Source of the DNA: an uncultured bacterium
Lineage (GTDB): Bacteria > Krumholzibacteriota > Krumholzibacteriia > JACNKJ01
DNA: 64,000 bases
Direction of reading: 5' to 3'
Assembly: GCA_963695095.1 (NCBI GenBank)
Contig: CAVOFT010000001.1
Coordinates: 768,001 to 832,000 of the forward strand
Part shown: in pieces, positions 8,917 through 18,183 of the stretch
Numbering within the stretch: the stretch's first letter is position 1
Layout: each line of letters starts with the position of its first letter
The notes under the pieces: model-generated
Databases searched by the model: none
Seen by the model: only the letters and a program-made list of their open reading frames with translations
Told to the model about the DNA's origin: nothing
Translations under genes and position numbers: made by a program

Positions 8917-9826
8917 GCTTCGCCTCCGGGTCGGGTGCCGGGGCCGGCGGGCTGAGCGCGAGATGGCCCGCGGCCGGCGCGCCGGCCAGGGCGCGGCCCA
9001 GGGCATCGGGATCCACGCCGCCGCCGGGCGCGAGCCGGCGGTAGGCGAGGAAGTGCGCGCGGGCCGCCGCCTCGTCGAAGCGATAGTTCAGCGCCACGAT
9101 GGCCAGGTTGTAGTGGGCGCCCGCGCAGCGCGGATCGAGGGCGAGGGCGCGCTCGAACTCGGCGGCGGCCGCCTCGGGCCGGCCCGCATAGAGGAGGCCG
9201 ATGCCCAGGTTGTTCGCCGCGGCGGCCGAGCGGGGCGCCGCCTCGGCGGCCGCGCGCAGGTGGGGCTCGGCGGCAAAGGGATTTTCTCCGCGCAGGAGAA
9301 GGAAGCCCAGCGCGGCGGCCGTGCCCGACGCCTCCGGATCCAGTGCGCGGCTCAGGCGGGCCGATTCCTCCAGCTCGCCGAGCGCGTCGAGCTGCAGCGC
9401 GAGGGCGGCCGTCAAGGGGCCTCTGGGCTCGGCGCCGCCAGCCAGCGCCGCGCGCAGCAGCGCGGCCCCTGCGGCGAACTCGCCCGCCGCGTAGTGCAGC
9501 TTCGCCCGCAGGCTCAGCGAGGGAGCGTCGAGGGGATCCGCCGCCAGGGCGGCGTCCAGCGCAGCGCCCGCCGCCGGCAGGGAATCGACGGCCGCCAGCA
9601 GCGCGGCCAGGCGATAGGGCCAGTAGGGCTCCTGGGGCGCCCGGGCCGCCCAGGCGCGCAGCGAGTCCCCCTCGGCCGCGAGCTGCGCGCCGGCGTCTGC
9701 GGGCCGCGTGGCCGGCGCCTGGAGCGCACCGCCTCCCGCGCAGCCGGCCAGGACCGCGACGGCGAGCGGTGCCAGCGCCCGGGGGCGCGCGCAGCGGCTT
9801 GCAATCTGGAGCAGGCGGGACGGCAT
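8903..9826 (-). CDS. TPR lipoprotein (GltE-like)
   Basis: ATG 9826 after GAGGAG; lipobox LAGC; TPRs AANNLGIGLL and AHYNLAIVALNY. Confidence 0.8.
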   Translation of the reverse strand: MPSRLLQIASRCARPRALAPLAVAVLAGCAGGGALQAPATRPADAGAQLAAEGDSLRAWAARAPQEPYWPYRLAALLAAVDSLPAAGAALDAALAADPLDAPSLSLRAKLHYAAGEFAAGAALLRAALAGGAEPRGPLTAALALQLDALGELEESARLSRALDPEASGTAAALGFLLLRGENPFAAEPHLRAAAEAAPRSAAAANNLGIGLLYAGRPEAAAAEFERALALDPRCAGAHYNLAIVALNYRFDEAAARAHFLAYRRLAPGGGVDPDALGRALAGAPAAGHLALSPPAPAPDPEAKHDAN

Positions 9827-9889
9827 GGCGCTCCTCGTGCTTTCCCACGCCGCCGGTCGGGGTTGCCGCGGCGCGCTGAAATCACTGCT

Positions 9890-9905
9890 CGCAAGTCGCA
9901 TACCC
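9890..9905 (-). promoter_or_regulatory. Putative internal sigma54 (-24/-12) promoter
   Basis: Minus strand GGGTATGCGACTTGCG, GG-N10-GC spacing, in the 80-nt gap before the TPR lipoprotein. Confidence 0.45.
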
Positions 9906-9906
9906 A

Positions 9907-12900
9907 TCAAGGACGTAGCGGCGGATCAGAGGCCGCCACCAAGGGGAATTCCAGCTCGGGCAGGTGCAGGAAGCGCCGAGCAATCCGCGGCCACAACTCG
10001 TTTTTGGTGATTGCGACCCAGTTGTCCGGGTCTTCATCCGTGGGATCGGCCAGGCGCACGAGCTCGCTCCAGGTCTGCTCGCCGCGGGCGTGGAGTTCCC
10101 AGGCGCGATCCTCGAGCACCTCGAGATAGGCGAGACGGTCGTCGCCGGCGAGGGCCGCGGGCGCCGGGGCGGCGAGCAGCGCGTCGCCCAGCTCGTAGAG
10201 CGACTGGCCGAGCAGGTGCGCTGCCGCCCGCGACCAGCGCCGACTGCCGCGGGCGAGCACGTGCTGGCTCTGCTCGGCGAGGGCAGCGAGCAGGGCCTGC
10301 TTGCGCTCGAGGCCGGCCTCCAGCGGCGCGGCCAGGGCGACCGCCGCGAAGTCCCGGTGAAGAGCCAGGCAGGCGAGGTAGTCGACGTGGGCGAGCAGGT
10401 CCGCATCGGCGAGAGCGGGCTGCCGGGCGGCGCCGTCGAGATAGGCGGCGAGGGGACCGCCCGCCGCCCGGGCGTCGGCGAGGGGGGCGTCGCCCCGGGC
10501 CGCGAGCGCGGCGAGGGCGCGCGCGTGGAGAATCTCCGTGAGCGCCGCCGGGTGCGCGGGGAAGCGCGCGAGGAACTCGTCGCGATAGCGCTCGGCATCG
10601 GCGGCTCCCGCCGCGCCCGCCGCGAGATCGATGGCATGGAGCAGGGCAGCGGGTGCCTGGGCCAGCTCCTCGGCGCTGCGCGCGCCGGCGGCATAGGCGG
10701 CCAGGGCGGCGGCGGCCCGCCGCGGTGCGACCTTCGCGAAGAGCGCGGCTATCTGCAGCCGGGCATCGCCGGCGAGGCGGCTGTCCGGATGGCCTTCGGC
10801 CAGCGCGGTGAAGGCGCCGGCCGCCGCCTCGCGCTCGCCGCAGGCGGCGAAGCCCAATCCCGCGCGGTAGTGGGCCTCGTCTGCAAGCGCAAAGGCGGGC
10901 CAGGCGGCGGCGAGATCGGCGAAGCGGCGCGCGCCGGCGCAGTCGCTGCTGTCGGCGGCCATGGCCGCTGCGGCGGCGAGGAAGTGGCTCTCGGGCACGC
11001 GCAGGGCGAGGGCCGCGCCGAGGCTGTCGGCGCTCGCGGCGCCCGTGCCGCCCGCCGCACGCGCTGCGAGCGCGAGAGCCTCCTCGTAGCGCGAGGCGGC
11101 CGCGGCGGCCTCGCCCGCGCGGCTCAGGGCGTCTCCGCTGCGGGCGGCGGCCAGGGGGGCGGCCGCGTGGGCGGGCCAGCGCCGGGCGAAGGCCGCGAAG
11201 CCGGCCGCCGCTTCCCGGTGCCGAGCATCGCCGTCGCGCAGGCTGGACAGGCGCCAGAGCAGGGCCGGCGCGCGGGCGTCATTCGGCTGGCGATCGAGAT
11301 AGCGATCGCCGGCGGCGAGGAAGCGCGCGCGGGCGGCGGGGAGGGCATCGCCCGCGGCGGCGCCCTGCAGGGCATCGAGCAGGGCCAGGGCCTGCCAGTC
11401 GGCGAGGGCGGCCAGGTCCGCGTCCTCGGCGGCGCAGGCATAGTGGGCGAGGGCGGCCTCGCCGTCGCCCAGCTGCGCGGCCGCCTCGCCCGCTGCGAGT
11501 TGCCGGCGGGAGCGCTCGGCATCCTCGGGCCAGTGGGCGAGCAGCAGTTCGAGGCTCTCGCGCGCCCGGTGCCAGTCGCCGGCCGCCCCCCGCGCGCGGG
11601 CGCGAGCGAGGGCCTGGCTGGCCCGCTCGATCAGGCAGGCGCGCGCGAAGTCGCCGGCCGCCTGGGCAAGACTGTCCTCGGCCGCGCTGCGCGCTGCCTG
11701 CCAGCCGCTGCCCGGACGGAAGTGCAGAGCGAGCGTGCCCAGCTCGGCATCGACGCGCGTGGAGTCGCCGACGGCCCGGCGGTCGGCGAGCAGCAGCTGC
11801 GCCTGGGCGAGGGTGCCCGGCGCCAGCGGCCAGCGGGCAAGCCAGAGCGAGTCGGCGGCGGCCGCTTCCGCATGGAAAGCGTAGCTGCGCAGCAGGTCCG
11901 CCACATCCGTGAGCAGCGTCGGCGCGTAGGGCCGCTCGCCCTCACCCGCGAAGAAGCCCGCCCAGGCGGGCGCGCCGCCCGCCCGGGCCAGACATTCGGC
12001 GAGATGCGCCCGGGCCTCCCGAGCCAGCGACGCGCCGGCGCCGGCCGCGGCCTCGGCTTCCAGGTCGATGAGTCGGCGATAGAGCGCTGCGGCCTCGAGG
12101 AAGCGATCCTCGCCGTAGCGAAGCCAGCCCAGCGTGTAGAGCGCCACGCGCGTCAGTTCGGGGCTGCCCGTGGCGGCCACGGCGTCGTAGTGCAGGGCCG
12201 CCCGCGCGCGGTCGCCGCGGGCGAGGGCGCGCTCGGCGAGCCGAAGACGCGCCTGCGGCAGTTCGGGTGCCTCCGGGTGCTCGGCCAGCAGCGACTCGAG
12301 CTGGGCCTCGCCCTCGGGATCGCCCTGCTCGTCGAGCAGCATGCCGAGATTGAAGCGCACGGCGCCGCGGCCGGGATAGTCCGCGTCCTCGGCGAGGATG
12401 GCGCGGTAGAGCGCGCAAGCCGGCTCGAGATCCAGGAAGGGCGCCAGGGCGCGCTCGGCGGCGGCGTCGGCCGCGCCCTCCGCGCCGAGGAAGGCGGCCA
12501 TGCGCGCGGCGAAGGCCTCGCGCGCCTCATTCAAGCGCAACTCGGCGAGATGGAAGCGCAGCTCCCCGCGCGCCGTCGACTGCGGGTGGGCGGCGAGGAA
12601 GGCTTCGCAGCGCAGGCGCGCCTCGGCGTGGGCCGCGCTGGCAAGGGCGCCGCCAGCGGGAGTCTCGCTGCGCTGCAGCGCCGCCTCCGCGAGCTGGTAG
12701 TCGAGCAGCTCCTGCTCGGCGTCCAGGCGCTTCAAGCGCTCGGCGATGAGCCAGGCTGCTGCGCGCCCCTTTTGCGCGGCGAGGCGGGCGGCAGCGCTTG
12801 CCGCCTCGGCATGGGCAGCGGCCAGCGCGGCGCTCAGCGCCTCGCCCTGGGGATCGCCGGCGGCCAGGCAAGCGGCCAGCCTCGCCTCGATGTCCAGAGC

Positions 12901-14523
12901 GCCCGCTGCCTGCGCGCCGAGCGCAGCGGCGGCCAGGGCGGGCCAGCCCGAGAGCCGCGCGCGGCCCGCACCCAGGGTCGCCGCCAGTTCGCCCGGCAGC
13001 CAGGCCGCGTAGTCGCGGCCATAGCCAGCCAGCTCGGCGGCGAGAGCGCCGTCGGCGGCCAGCACGCTGTCGGCATCGAGCGCTCTCCGCGCGCGGCGAG
13101 CCCGGGGCCCCTCCAGCCGCAGATGAACGAGCGCAGCCTGCGCCTCGGCCTGAAGCGCGGCGCGGCGGACGAGGCGCGCGGCGCGGGCGAGCAGCGCGTC
13201 GCGATAGGCGGCGATGAAATCGGCGAGCCCCGCCTCGGCCCTGCCCGCGGCGGCGCTCAGGCTGTCGACCGGCAGGCCCGTCGCGGCGAGCGCCGCCCGC
13301 AGGGCGGCCAGGCGCGCGGCCTCGTCCTCGAGATGCCGGCGGCGCGCGGCGCGGTCCGCTTCATGGGCGCTGAGGGCCGCGGCCGCCTGGGCGGCGGCCC
13401 AGCGGGTCGCAGCCAGCGCGTCGTCGGCGGCGGCCAGGCTGTCGTGGAAGGCCGGCGCCAGGACGAGCGCCGGGCCGCGCGCCGGCTCGAGCTGGAGCAG
13501 GGCGCCGGCGCTGCGGCCGGCCTCGCCGAGGGCGAGGCGGCGATCGGCGGCGGCCTCGGCGATGGCCGCCTCGAGAGCAGCGCGCGCTGCGGCGCTGATC
13601 ACGAGGCCGCCGGGCCGCGCCAGTGCGAGCAGGGAATCGGCGGCGACGGCGGGATCGAGCGCGGCCAGCTGCGCGCGCTCGGTGCGGCGCGCCGCTTCGA
13701 GCGCGACGAGCAGGGACCAGGCCGCTTCGCCATCTCGCGCATCGAGCAGGCGACGTGCGGCGAGCAGGGCGGGCTCGCCGCCGGCGGCCGGCTCTGCCGG
13801 CAACGCGCGGCGGGCGGCGTCGGCCACCAGGGCGCGCTCCCAGGCCTGGGCGGGCGCCTGCGCTGCGAGGGCGCGCCAGTGGGAGAGCGCATCCTCGCCG
13901 GTGGCTTCGGCCAGCCGGGCCGCGAGCTGCAGGCGCAGCAGGGTGGGCAGCGCCCCATCCGCTGCGGCCAGGAGCGCTCGCGCCCGGGCCAGCGCCTCCG
14001 TCCGCGCTTCCGCTGGCGCGCCGGCGGCGCGGCTCAGGGCCCGCTCGATGGCGAGGGCGGCCAGGAGCGGCGGGTCGCCGGGCTGCCAGTCCTCGCTGCG
14101 CTCGGCGAGCAGGGCCAGCGCGCGCCGGGCCGAAGCGGCCTCGCCCGCGGGGCGGGCAGCCAGGGCTGCGAGCGCGGCGCCGTCACCGGCCTCGGCGGCA
14201 GCGAGCGCTGCGAGAAGCGAGGCCCGCTCGGCGTCCGCCCTGCCCAGCAGCGCGGCATCGATGGTCGCCAGCGGCAGGAGCGCCACTGCCGGCGCGCTCA
14301 GTCCCCAGAGGCCGAGACTGCGGCCGAGCCCGAGGGCGGCCGCAGTAGCGGGATCCAGCGGCTGGGGCAGGGGCGCGAGGCGAGCCCGGCCGCCGGCAGC
14401 GGGCGCCGCAGTCCCCGCCTCGGCCTCGGCGGCGCGCGCCGGCTCCGCCAGCGGGGCCAGGCCGGGCAGGCCCAGCGCGAGGGCGGCCAGCAGCGGGATC
14501 GGGAGCAGTCGACGCACGCCCAC
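9907..14523 (-). CDS. Giant exported TPR protein (GltD/AgmU-like)
   Basis: 1538 aa; signal peptide; BamD-type TPRs (VRFNLGMLL, ALYTLGWLRY, AHYRAG); C-terminal AAAHLLGQSLYELGDALLAAPAP...YLEVLEDRA. Confidence 0.8.
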   Translation of the reverse strand: MGVRRLLPIPLLAALALGLPGLAPLAEPARAAEAEAGTAAPAAGGRARLAPLPQPLDPATAAALGLGRSLGLWGLSAPAVALLPLATIDAALLGRADAERASLLAALAAAEAGDGAALAALAARPAGEAASARRALALLAERSEDWQPGDPPLLAALAIERALSRAAGAPAEARTEALARARALLAAADGALPTLLRLQLAARLAEATGEDALSHWRALAAQAPAQAWERALVADAARRALPAEPAAGGEPALLAARRLLDARDGEAAWSLLVALEAARRTERAQLAALDPAVAADSLLALARPGGLVISAAARAALEAAIAEAAADRRLALGEAGRSAGALLQLEPARGPALVLAPAFHDSLAAADDALAATRWAAAQAAAALSAHEADRAARRRHLEDEAARLAALRAALAATGLPVDSLSAAAGRAEAGLADFIAAYRDALLARAARLVRRAALQAEAQAALVHLRLEGPRARRARRALDADSVLAADGALAAELAGYGRDYAAWLPGELAATLGAGRARLSGWPALAAAALGAQAAGALDIEARLAACLAAGDPQGEALSAALAAAHAEAASAAARLAAQKGRAAAWLIAERLKRLDAEQELLDYQLAEAALQRSETPAGGALASAAHAEARLRCEAFLAAHPQSTARGELRFHLAELRLNEAREAFAARMAAFLGAEGAADAAAERALAPFLDLEPACALYRAILAEDADYPGRGAVRFNLGMLLDEQGDPEGEAQLESLLAEHPEAPELPQARLRLAERALARGDRARAALHYDAVAATGSPELTRVALYTLGWLRYGEDRFLEAAALYRRLIDLEAEAAAGAGASLAREARAHLAECLARAGGAPAWAGFFAGEGERPYAPTLLTDVADLLRSYAFHAEAAAADSLWLARWPLAPGTLAQAQLLLADRRAVGDSTRVDAELGTLALHFRPGSGWQAARSAAEDSLAQAAGDFARACLIERASQALARARARGAAGDWHRARESLELLLAHWPEDAERSRRQLAAGEAAAQLGDGEAALAHYACAAEDADLAALADWQALALLDALQGAAAGDALPAARARFLAAGDRYLDRQPNDARAPALLWRLSSLRDGDARHREAAAGFAAFARRWPAHAAAPLAAARSGDALSRAGEAAAAASRYEEALALAARAAGGTGAASADSLGAALALRVPESHFLAAAAAMAADSSDCAGARRFADLAAAWPAFALADEAHYRAGLGFAACGEREAAAGAFTALAEGHPDSRLAGDARLQIAALFAKVAPRRAAAALAAYAAGARSAEELAQAPAALLHAIDLAAGAAGAADAERYRDEFLARFPAHPAALTEILHARALAALAARGDAPLADARAAGGPLAAYLDGAARQPALADADLLAHVDYLACLALHRDFAAVALAAPLEAGLERKQALLAALAEQSQHVLARGSRRWSRAAAHLLGQSLYELGDALLAAPAPAALAGDDRLAYLEVLEDRAWELHARGEQTWSELVRLADPTDEDPDNWVAITKNELWPRIARRFLHLPELEFPLVAASDPPLRP

Positions 14524-14524
14524 C

Positions 14525-15292
14525 TCAGTCCTGCCAGATCGTCGCCGTGATACCCGACATGTCGGCGGCCGAGTGCAGGCCGGACAGGTCGAGCTGGAGC
14601 AGGGTCAGTCGATCGCGCGGCGCCTCGGCGAGCACCTCGAGCAGCCCGCTGCCGCCGAAGCTGAACTCGAGCCGGTGCAGGCGCGGCTCCACGTACTCGT
14701 GGAGCACCTGCACGAGTCCGCCGCGGCGCAGGGCCGCGCGCTGGCCGGCATCGAGGGCCACCTGCCAGCTCCCGCCGTCCTCGTCGCGGATGGCCAGGCC
14801 CGGCGGCTCGAAGCCCGCCGGCAGGCCCTTGAGCAGGATGATGAGGGCGGTCTCCTGCTCGCCGCGCAGCAGGGCGTCGAGATCGCGCAGGCGCTGGCCC
14901 TGGGCGTCGAGCTGGCGATCCATGAGATCGAGCCGATCGGCGAGCCGGGCGAGATCGGCGATCTGGGTGGCGCCGGCCGGGCCGCTCCCGAGCAGGGCGC
15001 TCTCGGCCTGCACGCTGTCGCGCGCCGCCGCGATCTCGCCGAGGATGCGCTGCAGGAAGAGCTCGCGCTCGCTGAGCGCCTGGGCCTCGCCGTCGAGGGG
15101 CAGCGCGCGCTGGCGCAGCAGGTCGAGACGGCCGCGCAGGAAGTCGCGGTTGGCGTGGAGGAACCGCAAGTACGGCGTGTCACTGCCTTTGCTATCGGTG
15201 CGCTCGACGCGCACCGGCGCGGCCTCCTCGGCGCGCAGGGGCGCGGCCCCGGCAACGAGGATGAGCAGGGCGACGAGTCGGGCCAGGCGCAT
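14525..15292 (-). CDS. Exported hypothetical protein (coiled coil plus beta domain)
   Basis: Signal peptide; tightly coupled to neighbours; AALRRGG motif. Confidence 0.75.
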   Translation of the reverse strand: MRLARLVALLILVAGAAPLRAEEAAPVRVERTDSKGSDTPYLRFLHANRDFLRGRLDLLRQRALPLDGEAQALSERELFLQRILGEIAAARDSVQAESALLGSGPAGATQIADLARLADRLDLMDRQLDAQGQRLRDLDALLRGEQETALIILLKGLPAGFEPPGLAIRDEDGGSWQVALDAGQRAALRRGGLVQVLHEYVEPRLHRLEFSFGGSGLLEVLAEAPRDRLTLLQLDLSGLHSAADMSGITATIWQD

Positions 15293-15294
15293 CG

Positions 15295-15867
15295 CTATCC
15301 CCTCCAGGTGCGGACGCGCTTGCCCGTGGCGGCATCGAGCAGCACGTAGAGCGACGGCGCGCCCGGCGCGCTGTAGACGAGGGCCCAGGTGCTGAGATCG
15401 GGCCGCTGGAGATGCAGGACCCCCCGCAGGAGCAGCAGGCTGCTGAGCCGGCCGCCGTGCTCCGCGCAGTAGGCGCGGCCGCCCGCGGCATCGCCGGCCG
15501 CGCGGGCGGCGTCCGAGTCCAGCCAGTCCGCAGCCAGGGGCGGCGCCGCGAACTCGAACTCCAGGTCGCGGGCCAGAGTGATGCGGCCGCCGGCCAGGGA
15601 GTAGGCGCGACTGCGGCCCCGCGTTTCGGAGTGGAAGAGATAACCCCAGCGCGGCGCGGCGCCCAGGCTGTCCGGGTCGGCATCGTTCTCCACGTAGACG
15701 AGCTGCGCGTCGGGCGCCCAGCTCCGCGCCGCAGCTTCGGCCAGGGCCAGCTCGGCGCGGGCGGACACGGCCGGCGCTTCCGCGCCGAGGGCGGGAGCGG
15801 CGAGCGCCGCCAGGGCAACGAGCATCAAGGCCGGCAGGGCCGGCCGGGGCAGGCGTGTGGACGGCAT
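15295..15867 (-). CDS. Exported hypothetical protein, PepSY-like C-terminus
   Basis: AGGAG RBS, signal peptide, ends YVLLDAATGKRV. Confidence 0.75.
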   Translation of the reverse strand: MPSTRLPRPALPALMLVALAALAAPALGAEAPAVSARAELALAEAAARSWAPDAQLVYVENDADPDSLGAAPRWGYLFHSETRGRSRAYSLAGGRITLARDLEFEFAAPPLAADWLDSDAARAAGDAAGGRAYCAEHGGRLSSLLLLRGVLHLQRPDLSTWALVYSAPGAPSLYVLLDAATGKRVRTWRG

Positions 15868-15876
15868 GGCGGTCTC

Positions 15877-16803
15877 CTAGAAGAGCAGGCTGCTGCCGAG
15901 GCTGAACTCGACATTGTTGTTGTCCCGCCGCGCGCTGGCGGCGCCGGAGGCGAAGCGGTAGTTGCGGAATTCCCAGCGCATGGCCATGCGCTTGCTGAAG
16001 AAGAGCAGGCTGCCCGCGCCCAGGTTGACGCTGGACTCGGTGGCGCCGCGCAGGATGCTGCTGCCCAGACCGCCGGTGAGGAAGGGCTCCATCTGCCGGC
16101 CGGGCAGGAGCTTCAGGTTGAGGTTGAACGAGTAGTAGAGCATGTGGAACTGCTCCTCCTCGAGAGCGAGGTTGAACAGGCTCTCCACGATCTCGGCCGG
16201 CCGCGCGACGCGCGTCCAGGCCAGGCCGCCCTCGATCTCCAGGTGGTCCAGCAGCTGGTAGCCGAGGCTGCCGCCGAGCACGAGCGAGTTGCTCTTGCGA
16301 TCGAAGGCATAGGCGCCGGTGTAGGCGCGCAGGCTGTAGCTGCCGACGCGGGAGAAGAGGCGGGGATTGGGGCGGAACTCCAGGCCCGAGAGATCATCGA
16401 ACTCCTCGCAGAGGTCCCTGTGCACCCAGCCCGTGCGCTCATCGTCGAGGCGCAGGTTGATCCAGTCGCCGCGCTTGGCGACAACCTTGAACGCCGCGCC
16501 GGCGCCGCCCGTGGCCACGATCGCGAACTCGGCCCCCGGCCCGCTGCGCAGCAGCTGCTCGCCGTCCCCCTTGAGCCGCACGGACTTCTCCCGCAGCACG
16601 TGCGGGCCGTTCAGCGGCGTGGACCAGAGCGGCGCCGCGCTGGAGTCGGCGGCCGCGGGGGCCGGCATGGGCAGCGGAGCGGAGGCCAGCTGCCCGCGCG
16701 CGGGCGTCGCCCAGAGCGCGCTCAGCGCGAGAAGGAGGGTGAAGGGGCCGCTTGGACCTCGCTGCAGGAATCGGGCGGGCACGCTGTCTCCTTTGCTGCT
16801 CAT
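15877..16803 (-). CDS. SH3b domain plus outer-membrane beta-barrel protein
   Basis: LRSGPGAEFAIV...GDWINL...GWV (SH3b), then amphipathic strands ending in Phe. Confidence 0.85.
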   Translation of the reverse strand: MSSKGDSVPARFLQRGPSGPFTLLLALSALWATPARGQLASAPLPMPAPAAADSSAAPLWSTPLNGPHVLREKSVRLKGDGEQLLRSGPGAEFAIVATGGAGAAFKVVAKRGDWINLRLDDERTGWVHRDLCEEFDDLSGLEFRPNPRLFSRVGSYSLRAYTGAYAFDRKSNSLVLGGSLGYQLLDHLEIEGGLAWTRVARPAEIVESLFNLALEEEQFHMLYYSFNLNLKLLPGRQMEPFLTGGLGSSILRGATESSVNLGAGSLLFFSKRMAMRWEFRNYRFASGAASARRDNNNVEFSLGSSLLF

Positions 16804-16810
16804 CGGCTGC

Positions 16811-17581
16811 TCATCGGTTCGGGGGTTCGGGCCGGCCGCGAGTGGCCGCGAGGCGGCCGGGCAGCCAGTCCAGGCGCAGGCTCAGCCGCCAGTTGCTCCG
16901 TCGCTCGCGCTCGAGGACGAGGGCCTCGCCCACGCGCCGGGCGCTGTCGAGGGCGAAGGCGAGGGCATCCAGATCCAGACCGAGGGCGAACTCCGCGGCC
17001 AGGGCGCGGCGCAGCAGCAGGCCGCCGCCGCCGCAGAGCGCGTCCACGGGGGCGAAGTCGATCCGCAGGTCCTCGCCCGCCGGCCCCGCGCCGGCGAGCA
17101 GGAGCTGGTCGGGCGCATAGCCGAGGCGCAGCCAGCCGAGATGGCCCTGCAGCCAGAGCTCCAGCCCCGCCGGCCTGGCGAGGCGGCGGCCGAGCTGAGC
17201 CTCGAGACTGGTCAGAGCCAGCTCGAGCGCAGCGGGCGCAGCGGGCAGGCCCGTCGCCTGGCTGCCGCCATGGCGCTGCAGGCGCAGGCCGTAGGCGCTC
17301 GCCCCTCGCTCCCAGGCGAGCCCGCCGCCCAGCAGGGCCCGAGGCCCGGTGTCCCAGCGGAAGTCGGCGAAGCTCGCGTCCGGCCGGGCGAGGCCGGCTG
17401 CGGCCTCCAGGCGCCAGCCGGCCCGGGAGACGCGCGGCCAGGCCGCTGCCGCGAGGGCAATGAGCAGCGCCAGCCAGGGCCAGAGCGCGAGCCAGCGCCT
17501 GGAGCTGCGGCGGCCGCGTACAGCGGCAGGGCGCGGCGCCTGCCGCGGATGGCCGGGCTCCGCATCCCAGAGGGAACTCAC
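16811..17581 (-). CDS. Probable outer-membrane beta-barrel protein
   Basis: GTGA overlap with upstream gene; signal-like segment; alternating strands (WRLSLRLDW). Confidence 0.6.
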   Translation of the reverse strand: MSSLWDAEPGHPRQAPRPAAVRGRRSSRRWLALWPWLALLIALAAAAWPRVSRAGWRLEAAAGLARPDASFADFRWDTGPRALLGGGLAWERGASAYGLRLQRHGGSQATGLPAAPAALELALTSLEAQLGRRLARPAGLELWLQGHLGWLRLGYAPDQLLLAGAGPAGEDLRIDFAPVDALCGGGGLLLRRALAAEFALGLDLDALAFALDSARRVGEALVLERERRSNWRLSLRLDWLPGRLAATRGRPEPPNR

Positions 17582-18183
17582 GGCGCGCTCCGATCCAGGC
17601 GCAGCGCGAAGCCCGTGGCGAGGATCTCCAGGCTGTCCATGGCGACGGGCGTGACGACCACCGTGTCCGCCATGCCCGCGCGGCGCAGCTCCTCGCCCTG
17701 GCCGAAGAAGAGCAGGAGCCAGAGCGCTTCCGTCGAATCGAGATCCGCGGGCAGGGGCGCCGCGAAGGCGAGCTGGGCATCCATCATCAGGTGATCGAAG
17801 CCGGTGACGGCGCGCGAGGCGCCGGCCACCGGCGTCGTGGCGGCGAGCAGAGCCTGCACGCGGCGGCTGTGCTGGCGCGGCTCATCGTCCGCGCGCAGGG
17901 GATGGGCGGCGAGGAGCGCGGCGTCGCCCCGGCGCAGCTCGATGGCGAGATCGCCCGTGCGGATGGCGCGGAAGGTGATGCGGACATCGACGCTCACCGC
18001 GAGGGTGCCGCTGGGCGCGACGAGGGCGCCGGCCGCCGGCTGGCTCGAGAGCAGGTCCAGACGGGTCCAGGTCTCCTCGACGCCGGGCGCCTCGAGACAG
18101 CCGCCTCCCGCCGCCGCGAGGGCGAGCGGCGGGAGGACGGCCATCGCGAAGCGCGCGCGCCGGAATCTGCCGGGGATGTTCAT
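17578..18183 (-). CDS. Hypothetical lipoprotein
   Basis: ATGA overlap; hydrophobic leader ending GGGC. Confidence 0.7.
   Translation of the reverse strand: MNIPGRFRRARFAMAVLPPLALAAAGGGCLEAPGVEETWTRLDLLSSQPAAGALVAPSGTLAVSVDVRITFRAIRTGDLAIELRRGDAALLAAHPLRADDEPRQHSRRVQALLAATTPVAGASRAVTGFDHLMMDAQLAFAAPLPADLDSTEALWLLLFFGQGEELRRAGMADTVVVTPVAMDSLEILATGFALRLDRSAP

Noticed and set aside
5894..14523. Proof of gliding motility, or an ordinary TonB-ExbBD uptake system
   Set aside because: No cytoplasmic gliding platform genes and no TonB-dependent receptor in the window; function left open
9964..14550. 1528-aa plus-strand ORF, and similar long ORFs such as 32639-36379 (-), 38907-42230 (-), 42064-44808 (-) and 1267-3636 (-)
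   Set aside because: Antisense shadows of real genes in very GC-rich DNA; no motifs, RBS or operon logic
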